Shown here: positions 20,221 to 30,471 of the stretch, piece by piece
Numbering within the stretch: the stretch's first letter is position 1
Layout: every line of letters starts with the position of its first letter
DNA from: an uncultured virus (IMG/VR IMGVR_UViG_3300030503_000181)
Lineage: Duplodnaviria > Heunggongvirae > Uroviricota > Caudoviricetes
Virus record (IMG/VR): IMGVR_UViG_3300030503_000181
Length of the DNA stretch: 64,000 nucleotides
Reading direction: 5' to 3' (one strand)
Made by a program: the position numbers and the translations under genes
Notes under the pieces: generated by a model
What the model saw: the letters and a program-made list of their open reading frames with translations, nothing else
What the model was told of the DNA's origin: nothing
Database searches by the model: none

Positions 20221-20300
20221 GTGGGTGGTGATTGGAAACGGGTACTTCTTCCTTTAACGAGAGATGCCGAAAGGCTACCCCGTCCCGCTTGTTCCCCCAC
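20221..20300 (+). ncRNA. Y-RNA-like element, copy 1 (short body)
   Basis: Ends pair (GTGGG/CCCAC). 5' GTGGTGATTGGAAACGGGTACTTC and 3' CCGTCCCGCTTGTTCCC are shared with copy 2. Internal GCC-GAAA-GGC hairpin. Confidence 0.6.
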
Positions 20301-20309
20301 CATATTTTC

Positions 20310-20443
20310 GCCGAGTGGTGATTGGAAACGGGTACTTCTCTCGCCTTAGGGAGAGTAGCTCAGCGGTAGAGCGCCTGACTTGAAATCAGGAGGTCGTTGG
20401 TTCGACTCCAACCTCAACTAGCCGTTCCGCTTGTTCCCTCGGC
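20310..20443 (+). ncRNA. Y-RNA-like element, copy 2, enclosing a tRNA-like domain
   Basis: Ends pair (GCCGAG/CTCGGC); same 5' and 3' conserved strands as copy 1; tRNA-like body inside. Confidence 0.65.
20349..20420 (+). tRNA. tRNA-like structure, anticodon TGA (Ser), atypical and possibly a mimic
   Basis: D arm GCTC-AGCGGTA-GAGC, anticodon arm CCTGA-CTTGAAA-TCAGG, T arm GTTGG-TTCGACT-CCAAC. The acceptor stem has two mismatches, the variable loop is short, and no CCA is encoded. Confidence 0.55.
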
Positions 20444-20694
20444 CTATTTTCTGGAGCTTCGATGAAGCCATTGGGTATTGACGCCGCTATCGACCAGATC
20501 GAGTCCGCCTTGTTTGACATGAGCGAGCCGGGTTGTACCGACACCGACAGCAGTGCCGAATTGGTCATCAATTCCATCGGTCGCATCCGCCTGAAGGCTA
20601 TCCTGAAGCGTCTCCGTATCGGCTACATCAAACACACGCCCATCAACTCCCTCTGCCCGCACGATCTCGCCGTCCGCAAGAGGCTCAAAAAGAA

Positions 20695-21255
20695 ATGAGA
20701 GCACTCAAGTTGGGATTCACGGGCACCCACCATGGCATGGACGAGTTCCAGAAAGAGTCCATCGCCCTCCTGTTCACCCAACTCCTCCGAGAGTACGGGT
20801 ACATCGAATTCCATCATGGCGACTGCATCGGTGCCGATGCCCAAGCCGCTACAATCCTCAACGATCTGCGGAACAGTCATTACTCAGTCCGCTGCCGTGT
20901 ACGAATCGTCTGTCATCCGGGCTTCCCGCCGAATCACCCTAGCGAAACGAAGTTCCGAGCGTTCACCGATTTCAACGATGAGGTCCGCGATCCAAAACCT
21001 TTCATCGCCCGCGACCATGATATAGTAGACGAGACCGAGGAAATGATCGCCACGCCCGTGACCGAGGACGAAGAGGTTCGTTCGGGCACATGGACGACGG
21101 TGCGGTATGCTCGCAAACAGGACAGGAAGGTTACCGTCTTGAATCCTAAGAAGACGATCAAGTTTGATCCGCACGCCATGCCCGTCAAGACGAATGCGGT
21201 CGCTGGCGAGAGCAACCTGTATGGGCCGACTCATCGACAGAGAGGCATACGATGA
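20695..21255 (+). CDS. SLOG-superfamily (YspA/DprA-like) protein
   Basis: LGFTGT, HHGDCIGAD, RDHDIVD, RSGTWTTVRYARK. Confidence 0.7.
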   Translation: MRALKLGFTGTHHGMDEFQKESIALLFTQLLREYGYIEFHHGDCIGADAQAATILNDLRNSHYSVRCRVRIVCHPGFPPNHPSETKFRAFTDFNDEVRDPKPFIARDHDIVDETEEMIATPVTEDEEVRSGTWTTVRYARKQDRKVTVLNPKKTIKFDPHAMPVKTNAVAGESNLYGPTHRQRGIR

Positions 21256-21527
21256 AGCGCATAACAACCACCATTAAACGTGAGTTCCTCGCGGCCATTG
21301 TCGTAGGCACAAAAAAGACCGAGTATCGGGAACGTAAGCCTTATTGGGAAAAACGATTCGGTGTCCACGGACATGCAATCTCTCTCCCATTTGAACTCCG
21401 CATGATAAATGGCATGTCGAAGACGGCTCCCGAGGTTACGGTGTTGATTGACAAGATCGCTCTGAGCGCGACAGACTACAAGTTACACATCAAGAAAATT
21501 TTGGATGTCAGGAATTGGGAGGAATGA
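21252..21527 (+). CDS. ASCH-domain protein
   Basis: IKREFLAAIVVGTKKTEYRERKPYW. Confidence 0.75.
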   Translation: MKRITTTIKREFLAAIVVGTKKTEYRERKPYWEKRFGVHGHAISLPFELRMINGMSKTAPEVTVLIDKIALSATDYKLHIKKILDVRNWEE

Positions 21528-24347
21528 TGAATTGCTGTCTGTGTGACGCTGGAGTTCCTGTGGACAAGCGCACGGTGGTGCCTGTCGTGTTGGCGAATAA
21601 AGAGATCGTTTATTGGCGACTCAAAGCGGACACGTACAAGGCGATAGTCTCCCGCTTCACGCAGCAACCTTGGTATCGTCGCCTTCGCCGTTGGTTTCTC
21701 AGGGTGTTCTTTGGCATCCACACTTACGCCAAACCCACGGGCACGGTTTCCATGCTCTGCAATACGCCGAGCGGGATTCATCCTCGTTTCTCGATGAACT
21801 ACAAGAGGGGCAATGGATTTCAAAAAGCTGATCGCTAAATATCCGAAGATGTACCTGTACTACCACGACAACCAACAGTGGATTCTCTACAAGGAGAAGC
21901 CGCCGAAGGACACTTACATGGGTGAGGAAGAGCACGATGCGTGCGTTCTCGCTGAGGGAGCAGACTACGACAGCGAGGGTTACGCTCCGCATCTCGTCAT
22001 CGATTTGTGCAAGGCACTGGGAATCAAGGTGGATTCCGCCTAATGGATGTTCTATTTCAGGAGAAGGTCCCCCGAGGCAAGAAGAGCGGTCCTCGGCAGT
22101 GGTACGCGAACTACGCGGGCTGGGCTCCGCATCCCGAACTTGACATCGAGATGTTCAACGATCTCCCGGGCTGGCGACAGCGTGAGATTCAGGAGTGCCG
22201 CCGTATCTTCCGTGAAGTTTCCGGCGTTCAAGCATACGAGATCATCGACCCGAGTACGGGATTCCCGTACCCCAACCAGAAGATCGCCGCCGACTATTAC
22301 CAGAAAACCCCCGAGATCGCCCTAGCCCCAGTGCCGCCTGCTGCCAAGTATTTCATTCCAAACGGCATTTCTCTAGCCGAATTCCGCCGCCGTAAGGTAG
22401 AATGTGGTGGGGGCTCGCTATTGGAAGCCCTTATAGGACACGTCACCCGGGACCGACTTGTTCAGGTCGGGGCTACGGACGACGGTAAATCGTTGGCCCG
22501 CAAGAAGCCGCTGGATGGCATCCTCGCTTTCGTTTGGCGATGTGCCCAGTATCACAGCGGTGTTGCCGCAGGCGTGCCTGTGACAGCGTTCTGGGACTTG
22601 GACGACGGTATCAGCCGCCTGACGGGTGTACGCGGCGGGGCGAGTGAGGAAGTGGTCGGGTTTCTTGAGCAGAAGGCTCATGAGCTTGTGGAGATTACAG
22701 GCGGCGAGAAGAACGTTGCCGAGCTTCGCTGGGCTCGCATCATGGGGAGACTTGATTGAAAGACAAACCGCTGGATAAACAGTTGGAAGACCTGATCCTT
22801 CTTGGCAACAAGCACGGATTGCACGACGCCGCCGACTGGCTCAGGTCGCAGGTGGACGCCGCTTTGTTGGTTTTCAATGTGGAGCGGGAGCGACAGGAAC
22901 AGCAAATGTATCTCAATCGGTTTGCGGGCGAAGGGCTGGAACTGCCCGTGTTGCGTGATAGATTGAGAGCCACGTTTCCCGATCTTACGATACCGAAGGC
23001 CCACACCATCGCATCGAAATGGCTTCGAGAGCATGGGCGGAACATATCGCAACAAGGAGCGTTGATATCTTGATCGTAAAAGTCTACCCGACGAAGGATG
23101 ACCGATGGGGGGTTTTTCTTATCGATACCGATACCGACGCTACGTTTTTGGTGGGTGCGGCGAAGCACAGCCATGATGCCGATCTCGCGGCTGAGCGGAT
23201 GGGCAAGGCGTTACGCGGAATGGTGGAAGACCCGAGTCAGATCGTGGTTGACCATTGTGCCGCCGACCGTGCAGAGATTACGGCGTACCACGAGGCTGCC
23301 AAGAAAGAGGGGAAGAAGAAATGAGATACGCGACGAGATTCATTGACGATGCACAAAAGCTGCAACGTGAATACTACCTCGGGAAGATTCAACGCGAGAC
23401 GGCTATCACGATGATGGGCGAACTCATGCGGTATCATCATGTCATTCGTGAGGATGAAGTCTTGGTCGATATCCCCGATGGTTTTCGCTCGGAGTCGCAA
23501 GCGGGGTTCGTTGGGGAATTTACAGTTCGCCAGAAGGATTCTTCCTACGTATGGAAGCGCAGCTTCGCCCGCAACATGCCGCCATTGCCTAGCTGGACTA
23601 ACAGCACGACCCTGCCCTCGGAACCAGTACGTCGCCCAGCCAATTTCTTTCAGCAGCACTACACGTCTCCCGCACTTCGGAAGGTAGCCGCAGCCAGAGA
23701 AGCATTCCCGCCGATGACGGACAAGGATCGGGAGTTTTTCGCTCCCTACGAAAAGCAGATGACCGAGCATCTCGTGGCTGGCGGGCGACGGGTGTCGGCT
23801 CGATTCGAGGTAAAGGAATGAAAACGATTTTAGCGTGCCGCTGCTACAAGCAGAATGGGCACAAAGCATGGATCGCGCTTCGCAACGTGGGCGATCATTA
23901 CGACATACTGATGGGCGTCATCCAGATCAATGAGACCGATCCTCAGGTCACCATCAAACCGAATGGTAAGAACGTCCCCACCCTGATCGAGGCGATGGTA
24001 GACTTCAAGGCCCGCTGCAATTTCTATGTTGACGGCGGCTGGCAAACGGACACCGTGTTTCAAAAACTCATCGACGGGTTAATCGAATGAAACAATTGCT
24101 TCAATTTCTCAATCCGTGGGGAATCGCCGCCCTCGTATGGCTTTTCATGCTTGGCATCATCTGGCTTTTTGCTGAAGCCCCCACTCCGAAACTCCTCAAA
24201 GTGAAACGCACTGTCGGCGGCATCGCCGTCACTCTTTGGATATGGGGGGCGATGATTTCAGGGCTGTACATGCCCCAGTATCCCCCTGTTATTCAACAAC
24301 ATATCGACCCTCCCCATTATTGGTGGAAAGGTGCACCACCTTCCTAG
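21524..24347 (+). other. Run of hypothetical genes: 21524-21838, 21813-22043, 22043-22759, 22756-23073, 23070-23324, 23321-23821, 23818-24090, 24087-24347 (membrane)
   Basis: Overlapping stop/start junctions; no recognised family. Confidence 0.6.
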
Positions 24348-24374
24348 CGATTTTCCCATTTTTCTTGGTATAAT
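24343..24374 (+). promoter_or_regulatory. Class A phage promoter, copy 2
   Basis: CCTAGCGATT-N16-TATAAT, then GGAGG and ATG at 24391. Confidence 0.75.
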
Positions 24375-24390
24375 AGGGCTGGAGGGAACC

Positions 24391-24735
24391 ATGTACACCG
24401 GGAAAATTCTCCACGACGGCGACATTCAAGACATCGACCGCATCGTCACCAACGGCAAGGGCAAAAAGCTCAATTTGGAAGCCAGCCTCCGCGTGGTGAA
24501 CCATTCCCCCACGGGATTCTGTTGGGGCTACGGCGGCAGCGGACCCGCGCAGCTTGCTCTTGCGATCCTGCTCGACCATTTCCACGGCGACCGCGAACGC
24601 GCTCTGGCGCTGTACCAAGACTTCAAGTTCAAGGTCATCGCCCGACTGCCGATGGACAGCGACTTCGTTCTGACTGATGAACAGGTCGAGAGCGCCATCA
24701 GCGAGATCGACGTGGAGCGGATGAAAACGTCGTAA
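24391..24735 (+). CDS. DUF6166-like protein
   Basis: NHSPTGFCWGYGGSGPAQLALAIL motif. Confidence 0.7.
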   Translation: MYTGKILHDGDIQDIDRIVTNGKGKKLNLEASLRVVNHSPTGFCWGYGGSGPAQLALAILLDHFHGDRERALALYQDFKFKVIARLPMDSDFVLTDEQVESAISEIDVERMKTS

Positions 24736-25136
24736 TGCCCGTCAGATTGCCATTAGCGAAAGTAGTGGCGTTGCGGAATCCGTACTCCGATTGTCCGTGG
24801 CCGCATTCCGAGATTCGCCCATGTGATATACGGAAGGCGATAGCGGAGAAAAGACTTCGCCGCGAGGTAACGGATGGTTGGCATGGCGTGTACTCGCGGA
24901 AGGAAAACATCGAGCGGATCGCCTACTTCGTAGTGAAGGGCTGGCGTGATCCAATCGGGATTGATGTGGGGGTGCCGGGAATGGGTTTTCAGGGTCCAGC
25001 ACTGACGGACGGGTATCATCGGTTGTCGGCGGCAATGTTTCGGAGGGACACTCATATTCGGGCAGTCGTGGATGGCGACTTAAATTTCGCTTTCGAGTTG
25101 TTCGGGGTTAATTGCGAGGAAAAGTATGGCAGATAA
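24735..25136 (+). CDS. ParB/Srx-like N-terminal domain protein
   Basis: PIGIDV...LTDGYHRLSAA. Confidence 0.55.
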   Translation: MPVRLPLAKVVALRNPYSDCPWPHSEIRPCDIRKAIAEKRLRREVTDGWHGVYSRKENIERIAYFVVKGWRDPIGIDVGVPGMGFQGPALTDGYHRLSAAMFRRDTHIRAVVDGDLNFAFELFGVNCEEKYGR

Positions 25137-25719
25137 ATTGATCGTGCGGTATTGGGATGATCCAGTCCTGTCTACTATTTGCGATGCGGTGGAGGACAAT
25201 GAGTTCGGCCCGAAGTTGGATGACTTTGCGGTGTCCCTCGGGCTGGCAATGCACGACAGGAACGGTGTGGGGCTCGCGGCTCCGCAGGTTGGCATCAGCA
25301 AGCGGATTTTTGCTATGTGCTTCCCCGACGACGAGGAAGTTAATCGTAGGTGGGCCGGCGCTGGTGCACCGCCCCTTGAAGTCAGGAAGCCAATCGTCGT
25401 GTGTAACCCGACACTGGTATTTGAGGGCAAAACGGTGTATGCTCGTGAGGGTTGCCTGTCGCTGCCCGGGATTCACGAACAGGTCTCCCGAGCCGAGAAA
25501 GTGACAATGCAGTATCGGCAGACGGATGGCGTAGCGAAAGAGATCGTGCTGACGGACATCAATGCCCGAGTCGCGCAGCATGAGTTCGACCATTTGAACG
25601 GCATCATGTTCTTCAATTACACGGACAAGCGCCCGCAGTACGGGGCACGGATGTCCAAGCAGGTGAGCAAGCAAGTCCTGCGGGATTGGGAGAAGGAAAG
25701 GTCGAAACGTGGCATCTAA
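25126..25719 (+). CDS. def: Peptide deformylase
   Basis: GVGLAAPQVG, EGCLS and QHEFDHLNG motifs. Confidence 0.95.
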   Translation: MADKLIVRYWDDPVLSTICDAVEDNEFGPKLDDFAVSLGLAMHDRNGVGLAAPQVGISKRIFAMCFPDDEEVNRRWAGAGAPPLEVRKPIVVCNPTLVFEGKTVYAREGCLSLPGIHEQVSRAEKVTMQYRQTDGVAKEIVLTDINARVAQHEFDHLNGIMFFNYTDKRPQYGARMSKQVSKQVLRDWEKERSKRGI

Positions 25720-26496
25720 AGTGGTGCGGGAGAAGTACACGAAGAAAGAGCAGACGTTCATGGCGATGGACAACCTTCGGGCGATGTTCCGTTGCTACAC
25801 GAATTCAGTTCGCGACAATGCCTTAGTAAAACCGGGCATCGGTCACGGGCTCTGCGACTATGAAGAGCGATTCAAAGCGGAGTTTGAAAAACTCGCTAAG
25901 CTGCTCGGCATGGATATCACTCAACTGAGGTTCTAACATGGATAGCAATTCAACAGAAACGCTGCCCTCACTCACCCTGAACGTAGGTGATGGCGTAACG
26001 GTAATCGTCGGCAACAAAACGTATCGCGGCACCCTGACACAGGATGGGGATCGTTGGTTCGTCAAGTTGGCTGGCGTTGAGCCGGGTGAGACTGACGAAG
26101 TTGTGATCGCCAAGCTCTAGGAGACAACGTGATACTGCCTTGTGGATGTCCGCCGCCAGCCCCAGAGACGTTCTGGACGCTGTTTCATGACGCCGCCCAC
26201 TGGAAGTTTGAGTTGTTCGTGGGCGGCATAGAGGAACTCGTGACTGGTGTCCTCATCGGCATGTTCGTGTGGCCGCGTATCCAGAAACACTGGAAGCACC
26301 ATATCGAAAGAGACAAAAAAGAGGGGAAAAATGGCGATCACGCTTGAAATGATTATCGCTGATATGGAAGCGGATTTGGAGTACAGCGAAAGCTTCCCTA
26401 ACAGCATGAGCAGCCGAGGCGAGGAAGCCATGGAAGACGGGAAAGTTCAGCTTTTGAGAAAGTACCTGCCCAAATTGCGGGCGTTAAGGAATCAGA

Positions 26497-27606
26497 ATGG
26501 CGAATAAGGGATTCACGGAGACTCGATACGACTACTCAGCGGGGCGTGACCACGCTCCCGAGTTGACCGTCTGCGTCGGTATCTCTGGCTCTGGGAAGAG
26601 TACCGAGGTCATGCAGCGGGTGAAACGGTCGCAGGGCAAGACCGTTCGCCTGAACCGCGACAAGATGCGCGAGATGTTGTTCTGCGGGGCGGACTGGAAC
26701 AAGCACAACGAGAACTTTGTTCGCACTTGGCAGATGGAGGGGGCTCGTATCGCTCTCCAGTCCGGCAAGAACGTAGTCATCGACGATACGAACTGCATCC
26801 GCAACACGCGGCAGAAGTGGGAAGAGTTTGCGGTCGAGCAGAAGGTTAAGCTCTGCTTCTTGGTCATGGATGTTCCGTTGAAGGAGTGTGTTGAGCGGGA
26901 CATTGCACGCGGAGTTCCTTGTCCGACCTGTGGGACGCCAAAGGGCGTCATGGTTGGTGAGGAGATCATCCGCCGCCAGTACAAGGATTTGACGAGTTTC
27001 AATATGAGCAACCGAGACATGACGCCAACGTCGCCAACCCGAGCTTGGATGGAGCGGCAGGCCCTCTTGAAGGGCGGGTTCGTGCCTCGTCTGGTTGGAC
27101 GCCCGTGGGTGTTGTTCGATATGGACGGCACCACAGCGGACCATCGTGGGAAGCGGAATCCCTACGAGGAGCACAAGGTCCTCTTGGATGGCTGCTACGA
27201 GGTTGTGGCAGACTGGATTCGGGCTTTGGCTCCGTCGCACAATCTTTGTGCGGTATCGGGTCGTCACGATTTCTGCGGGGATGACACCTGCGAGTGGTTG
27301 GAGGGGTATGGTATCCCGTTCGACCACATCCTGATGCGCTACAATGGGGACAACCGCCCCGACGTAGTGGTCAAGCAGGAAATCCTCAACGAGTTGATCG
27401 CCGTCATCGGGAAGGAGAACATCGCATTCGTTCTCGATGACCGCCCTCAGGTCGTGAAAATGTGGAGGGCAAATGGGATCAAGGTTTACCCTGTACGCGG
27501 TGAACCGATCCACACGCCCGGATGTTCTCAGGCACACGCGAAGCCGAAGGAAGGCTGGGTGGTTGGCGGCTACTGCGGCGAGTGCGGTGCGTTGGAGAAC
27601 TTCTAA
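26497..27606 (+). CDS. pseT: Polynucleotide kinase/3'-phosphatase (T4 PseT-like)
   Basis: P-loop GISGSGKST, LNRD and VVIDDTN kinase motifs; HAD domain FDMDGT...SGR...VLDDRPQVVKMWR. Confidence 0.9.
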   Translation: MANKGFTETRYDYSAGRDHAPELTVCVGISGSGKSTEVMQRVKRSQGKTVRLNRDKMREMLFCGADWNKHNENFVRTWQMEGARIALQSGKNVVIDDTNCIRNTRQKWEEFAVEQKVKLCFLVMDVPLKECVERDIARGVPCPTCGTPKGVMVGEEIIRRQYKDLTSFNMSNRDMTPTSPTRAWMERQALLKGGFVPRLVGRPWVLFDMDGTTADHRGKRNPYEEHKVLLDGCYEVVADWIRALAPSHNLCAVSGRHDFCGDDTCEWLEGYGIPFDHILMRYNGDNRPDVVVKQEILNELIAVIGKENIAFVLDDRPQVVKMWRANGIKVYPVRGEPIHTPGCSQAHAKPKEGWVVGGYCGECGALENF

Positions 27607-28410
27607 TGGGAGTGCATTATGTGCCGAGGTACGTCGAGCGGGCTTGCTTTCGGATGCGAGCCGACCAAGATGGTCGCATCATCAAGTGGCTGACCGAGAC
27701 GTACCCCGACACAATGCGTTGGATTTCGTACACGATTGACACGACCTTGGGGAACATGCGGAGCAGGGAAATTCAGAAGGCGCAGGAGGCCGACCGTGGA
27801 CAAGCAACTCGTAGCTGATTTCAGAAAAGAGTTCGATGAGTTGGTCGAAGTGCTCGAAGGCGACGGCTTTTGTACCAAGCGGGAATGTATGTGCGACCAC
27901 GCAAAGCCAGTCGTCAAAATCAATGATCTTCTCACGAGGCTGGAGCAAGAGGTAAACTAATGTTGTGTTGGGGTAGAGACGAGGAAACAACGATCACCAC
28001 CACGATGCAGCCCGATCTGTTTAGACGGGGTGACAGAATTCAAATCACCGGGCTGGTGCGGATGGTGAATGCTCCGAGCCCGAACGGGCTGTTTGTGGTA
28101 AGGCGTGCGAAGGGTACTCAGTACCTCATCGCTCCCGCAGGCTGGTGGGATTATCTCACGCATTACGCCACGAAGTTCGGGAATGAAGTGCAGTGGAAGT
28201 TCTGGGGCGCGGTCAACAATCTGGAGGACGTGTGGAACCGACTGTTAGAAAAACTAAAGCGAAGATGACGCGGCACGACTGGTACACTGTGCTCACCCTG
28301 CTCATGTTTGCGAACGCGGCATTGTTCGACGGTAAACGCGGCTGGGGTATGGGCCTGACGCTCGTCGCGATCTTGATTGTGGTTCTGGTGGATGGCTTTG
28401 GAATCAAACT

Positions 28411-29550
28411 ATGAAGGTTTTCCTCAAGGACGTTTTGCCTGTCGATCTGCTGCTCAAGCATATCGAGGACGGCGTAATCCGTAAGCAGGTTCACCCCGAT
28501 TACCCGGATCAGCTTTACATCCTGAACTACTCGGAGCAGGCTCAGTTCGGTCGCATCTGGGATGCGGCAACCAACGTGTGCCGTGGGTTGATTTGTGCTG
28601 TCACGCCTGATGGCGATGTTGTGATCGCTCGCGGCTTCAACAAGTTCCACAACTACAACACGGAGTACCTGCCTGAGACGATGGACGCGAACTTGCCGAA
28701 CATCACACCGCTGGCGACCCAGAAGTTGGATGGGTCGATGGGGCTCCCGTACTATTGGGATGGCAAGTGGTGGGTTGCGACTCGTGGTTCGTTTGCTTCG
28801 GATCAGGCAAAGTGGGCGACCGAGTGGCTCCGTCACAACTATCCGCTTTTCAGCGATGGTGTGTTTTCTACGCCCGTGTGCGAAGTGATCTACAAAGAGA
28901 ACCGCATCGTCGTTGACTACGACTTTGAGGGTCTCGTGTTGCTCGGCTTCGTGGACTTGGCAACTGGTTACGAACTCGGTCGGCTGTTCTGCGAGGATTG
29001 GGCTTTCGCCAAGAAGTTTCCCATCGTCAAGAAGTTCGAGAAGACGCTGGCGGAATGCGCTGCCGAGAACAACTTGAACGAAGAGGGCTACGTCTTGACT
29101 TACGACAAGGGCCGTGATGTAGCGCCCTTGAAGATCAAGGTGAAGTTCGCGGATTACGTGCGCTTGCACCGCATCTTGACTGGCTTGAATCCCAAGGCGA
29201 TCTGGGAAATGCTGGAGGTTGGGCAGAACGAGGCAATCGACACCATCATCGCCGACCCGACGATGCCCGCGCCGTTCATCGCGTGGTTTTCAGGATGGGT
29301 GGAGCAGTTTCGTGCTCGGTATCGGGAGATGGAGCGGAAGGCCATGTATGTGTTCGACCGCCGCCCGAAGAACGATCTCGGCGACTTGGGTCCCGCCTTG
29401 TACCGCAAGTCGGTCGCTTTGTACTTCCAGAAGACGCCCGAATTGTGCTCGATCCTGTTCGCGATGCTGGATAAAAAAGACTACGGAAGCATTATATGGG
29501 GTAAGATCAAACCACGTGCCGATGCAACTTTCAAAAAAGATGGAGAGTGA
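28411..29550 (+). CDS. RNA ligase, T4 Rnl1-like
   Basis: CRGLI, ARGFNKFHN, adenylation motif KLDGS, ATRGSF, EGYV, KIKVK. Confidence 0.9.
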   Translation: MKVFLKDVLPVDLLLKHIEDGVIRKQVHPDYPDQLYILNYSEQAQFGRIWDAATNVCRGLICAVTPDGDVVIARGFNKFHNYNTEYLPETMDANLPNITPLATQKLDGSMGLPYYWDGKWWVATRGSFASDQAKWATEWLRHNYPLFSDGVFSTPVCEVIYKENRIVVDYDFEGLVLLGFVDLATGYELGRLFCEDWAFAKKFPIVKKFEKTLAECAAENNLNEEGYVLTYDKGRDVAPLKIKVKFADYVRLHRILTGLNPKAIWEMLEVGQNEAIDTIIADPTMPAPFIAWFSGWVEQFRARYREMERKAMYVFDRRPKNDLGDLGPALYRKSVALYFQKTPELCSILFAMLDKKDYGSIIWGKIKPRADATFKKDGE

Positions 29551-30157
29551 GGTTCTAGAATTTCACGCAGGGGGTCTTTGGTCTCATGAGATTGCCCGTC
29601 GTACAGGTGTGTCTTACGGGGGAGTACAATACATACTGTCTCGTGCTGGGCTACAGCCTAATCCTAAAAATTACAAAGTTGAACGTAAAGGAAGCCTGAT
29701 TGTATGCGGGACATGCCATAAACCGAAACTGGCGAAAGCATTCTATGCAAGATCAGGTTATAAACGATGCCGAAAATGCCTCAAACAGTATAGGATTGAT
29801 CGGCTCAACTCCGATCCCGTATGGTTTTTTCGAGAACGATGCGTTGCAATTCGTAAGCGGGCGAAGACGAAGGTTGGTATCACCCCTGAGTTTTTGATGG
29901 GACTGTTCACAAAACAAGGGGGTAAATGTTTTTATACCGATGTCGATATGGTTTGTTTAGCGGGCCGAGGAAAAAATCAAGCAGCTACGTCGGTAGATCG
30001 GATTAGATCGAACAAAGGCTACACCAAAAATAATGTGGTGCTCTGCACCCTTAAAGCCAATACCGTTAAGAGTAATCTGACTCTCGCGGAGTTGCAAAGC
30101 TGGCTCCCCGACTGGTTTCAGCGGTTAGTAGATGCGGGGTTAGTTTCAAATACTTGA
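29540..30157 (+). CDS. HNH-like endonuclease
   Basis: CxxC pairs; QGGKCFYT...SVDRIRSNKGYTKNNVVLC...NTVK; start ATG 29540. Confidence 0.75.
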   Translation: MESEVLEFHAGGLWSHEIARRTGVSYGGVQYILSRAGLQPNPKNYKVERKGSLIVCGTCHKPKLAKAFYARSGYKRCRKCLKQYRIDRLNSDPVWFFRERCVAIRKRAKTKVGITPEFLMGLFTKQGGKCFYTDVDMVCLAGRGKNQAATSVDRIRSNKGYTKNNVVLCTLKANTVKSNLTLAELQSWLPDWFQRLVDAGLVSNT

Positions 30158-30173
30158 AACCAAAGGGGTTATT

Positions 30174-30205
30174 CCTAAAGTTTTCGGGAGTTTTCTTGGT
30201 ATAAT
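30174..30205 (+). promoter_or_regulatory. Class A phage promoter, copy 3 (variant)
   Basis: CCTAAAGTTT-N16-TATAAT; ATG at 30214. Confidence 0.65.
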
Positions 30206-30213
30206 AGGGGTAT

Positions 30214-30471
30214 ATGAGACGAACTTTGGTGGATTCATTACTGTCGTTTGTGGGTCGGTGTACCCACGACCGCTATTCGTTTCCTCAGACGATCAAGGCG
30301 GGCAAGGATAAGGGCAAGACCACGGTCTCCTGCTTGGACTGCGGCAAGACGCTGCCGTATGATTGGGCAGGATTGGGCGCGGAGGAAGAAATCAAACCCC
30401 CCAAGATGACGGCACCGAGAGTCATCGTGATCGAGAAGACGGGAACGTATCTCATAGGAGAACAAAAGTGA
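30214..30471 (+). CDS. Small zinc-ribbon protein
   Basis: CTHDRYSFPQT...SCLDCGKTLPYDW. Confidence 0.65.
   Translation: MRRTLVDSLLSFVGRCTHDRYSFPQTIKAGKDKGKTTVSCLDCGKTLPYDWAGLGAEEEIKPPKMTAPRVIVIEKTGTYLIGEQK

Noticed and set aside
20221..20340. The 24-nt direct repeat as a CRISPR array
   Set aside because: Only two copies, no cas genes, and each pairs with a second conserved 3' strand, which fits an RNA stem better.
20349..20420. Opal suppressor or selenocysteine tRNA, or a recoded genetic code
   Set aside because: The anticodon TGA reads UCA (Ser); a UGA suppressor needs TCA. Recognisable genes are intact under the standard code and end in TAA, TGA or TAG.
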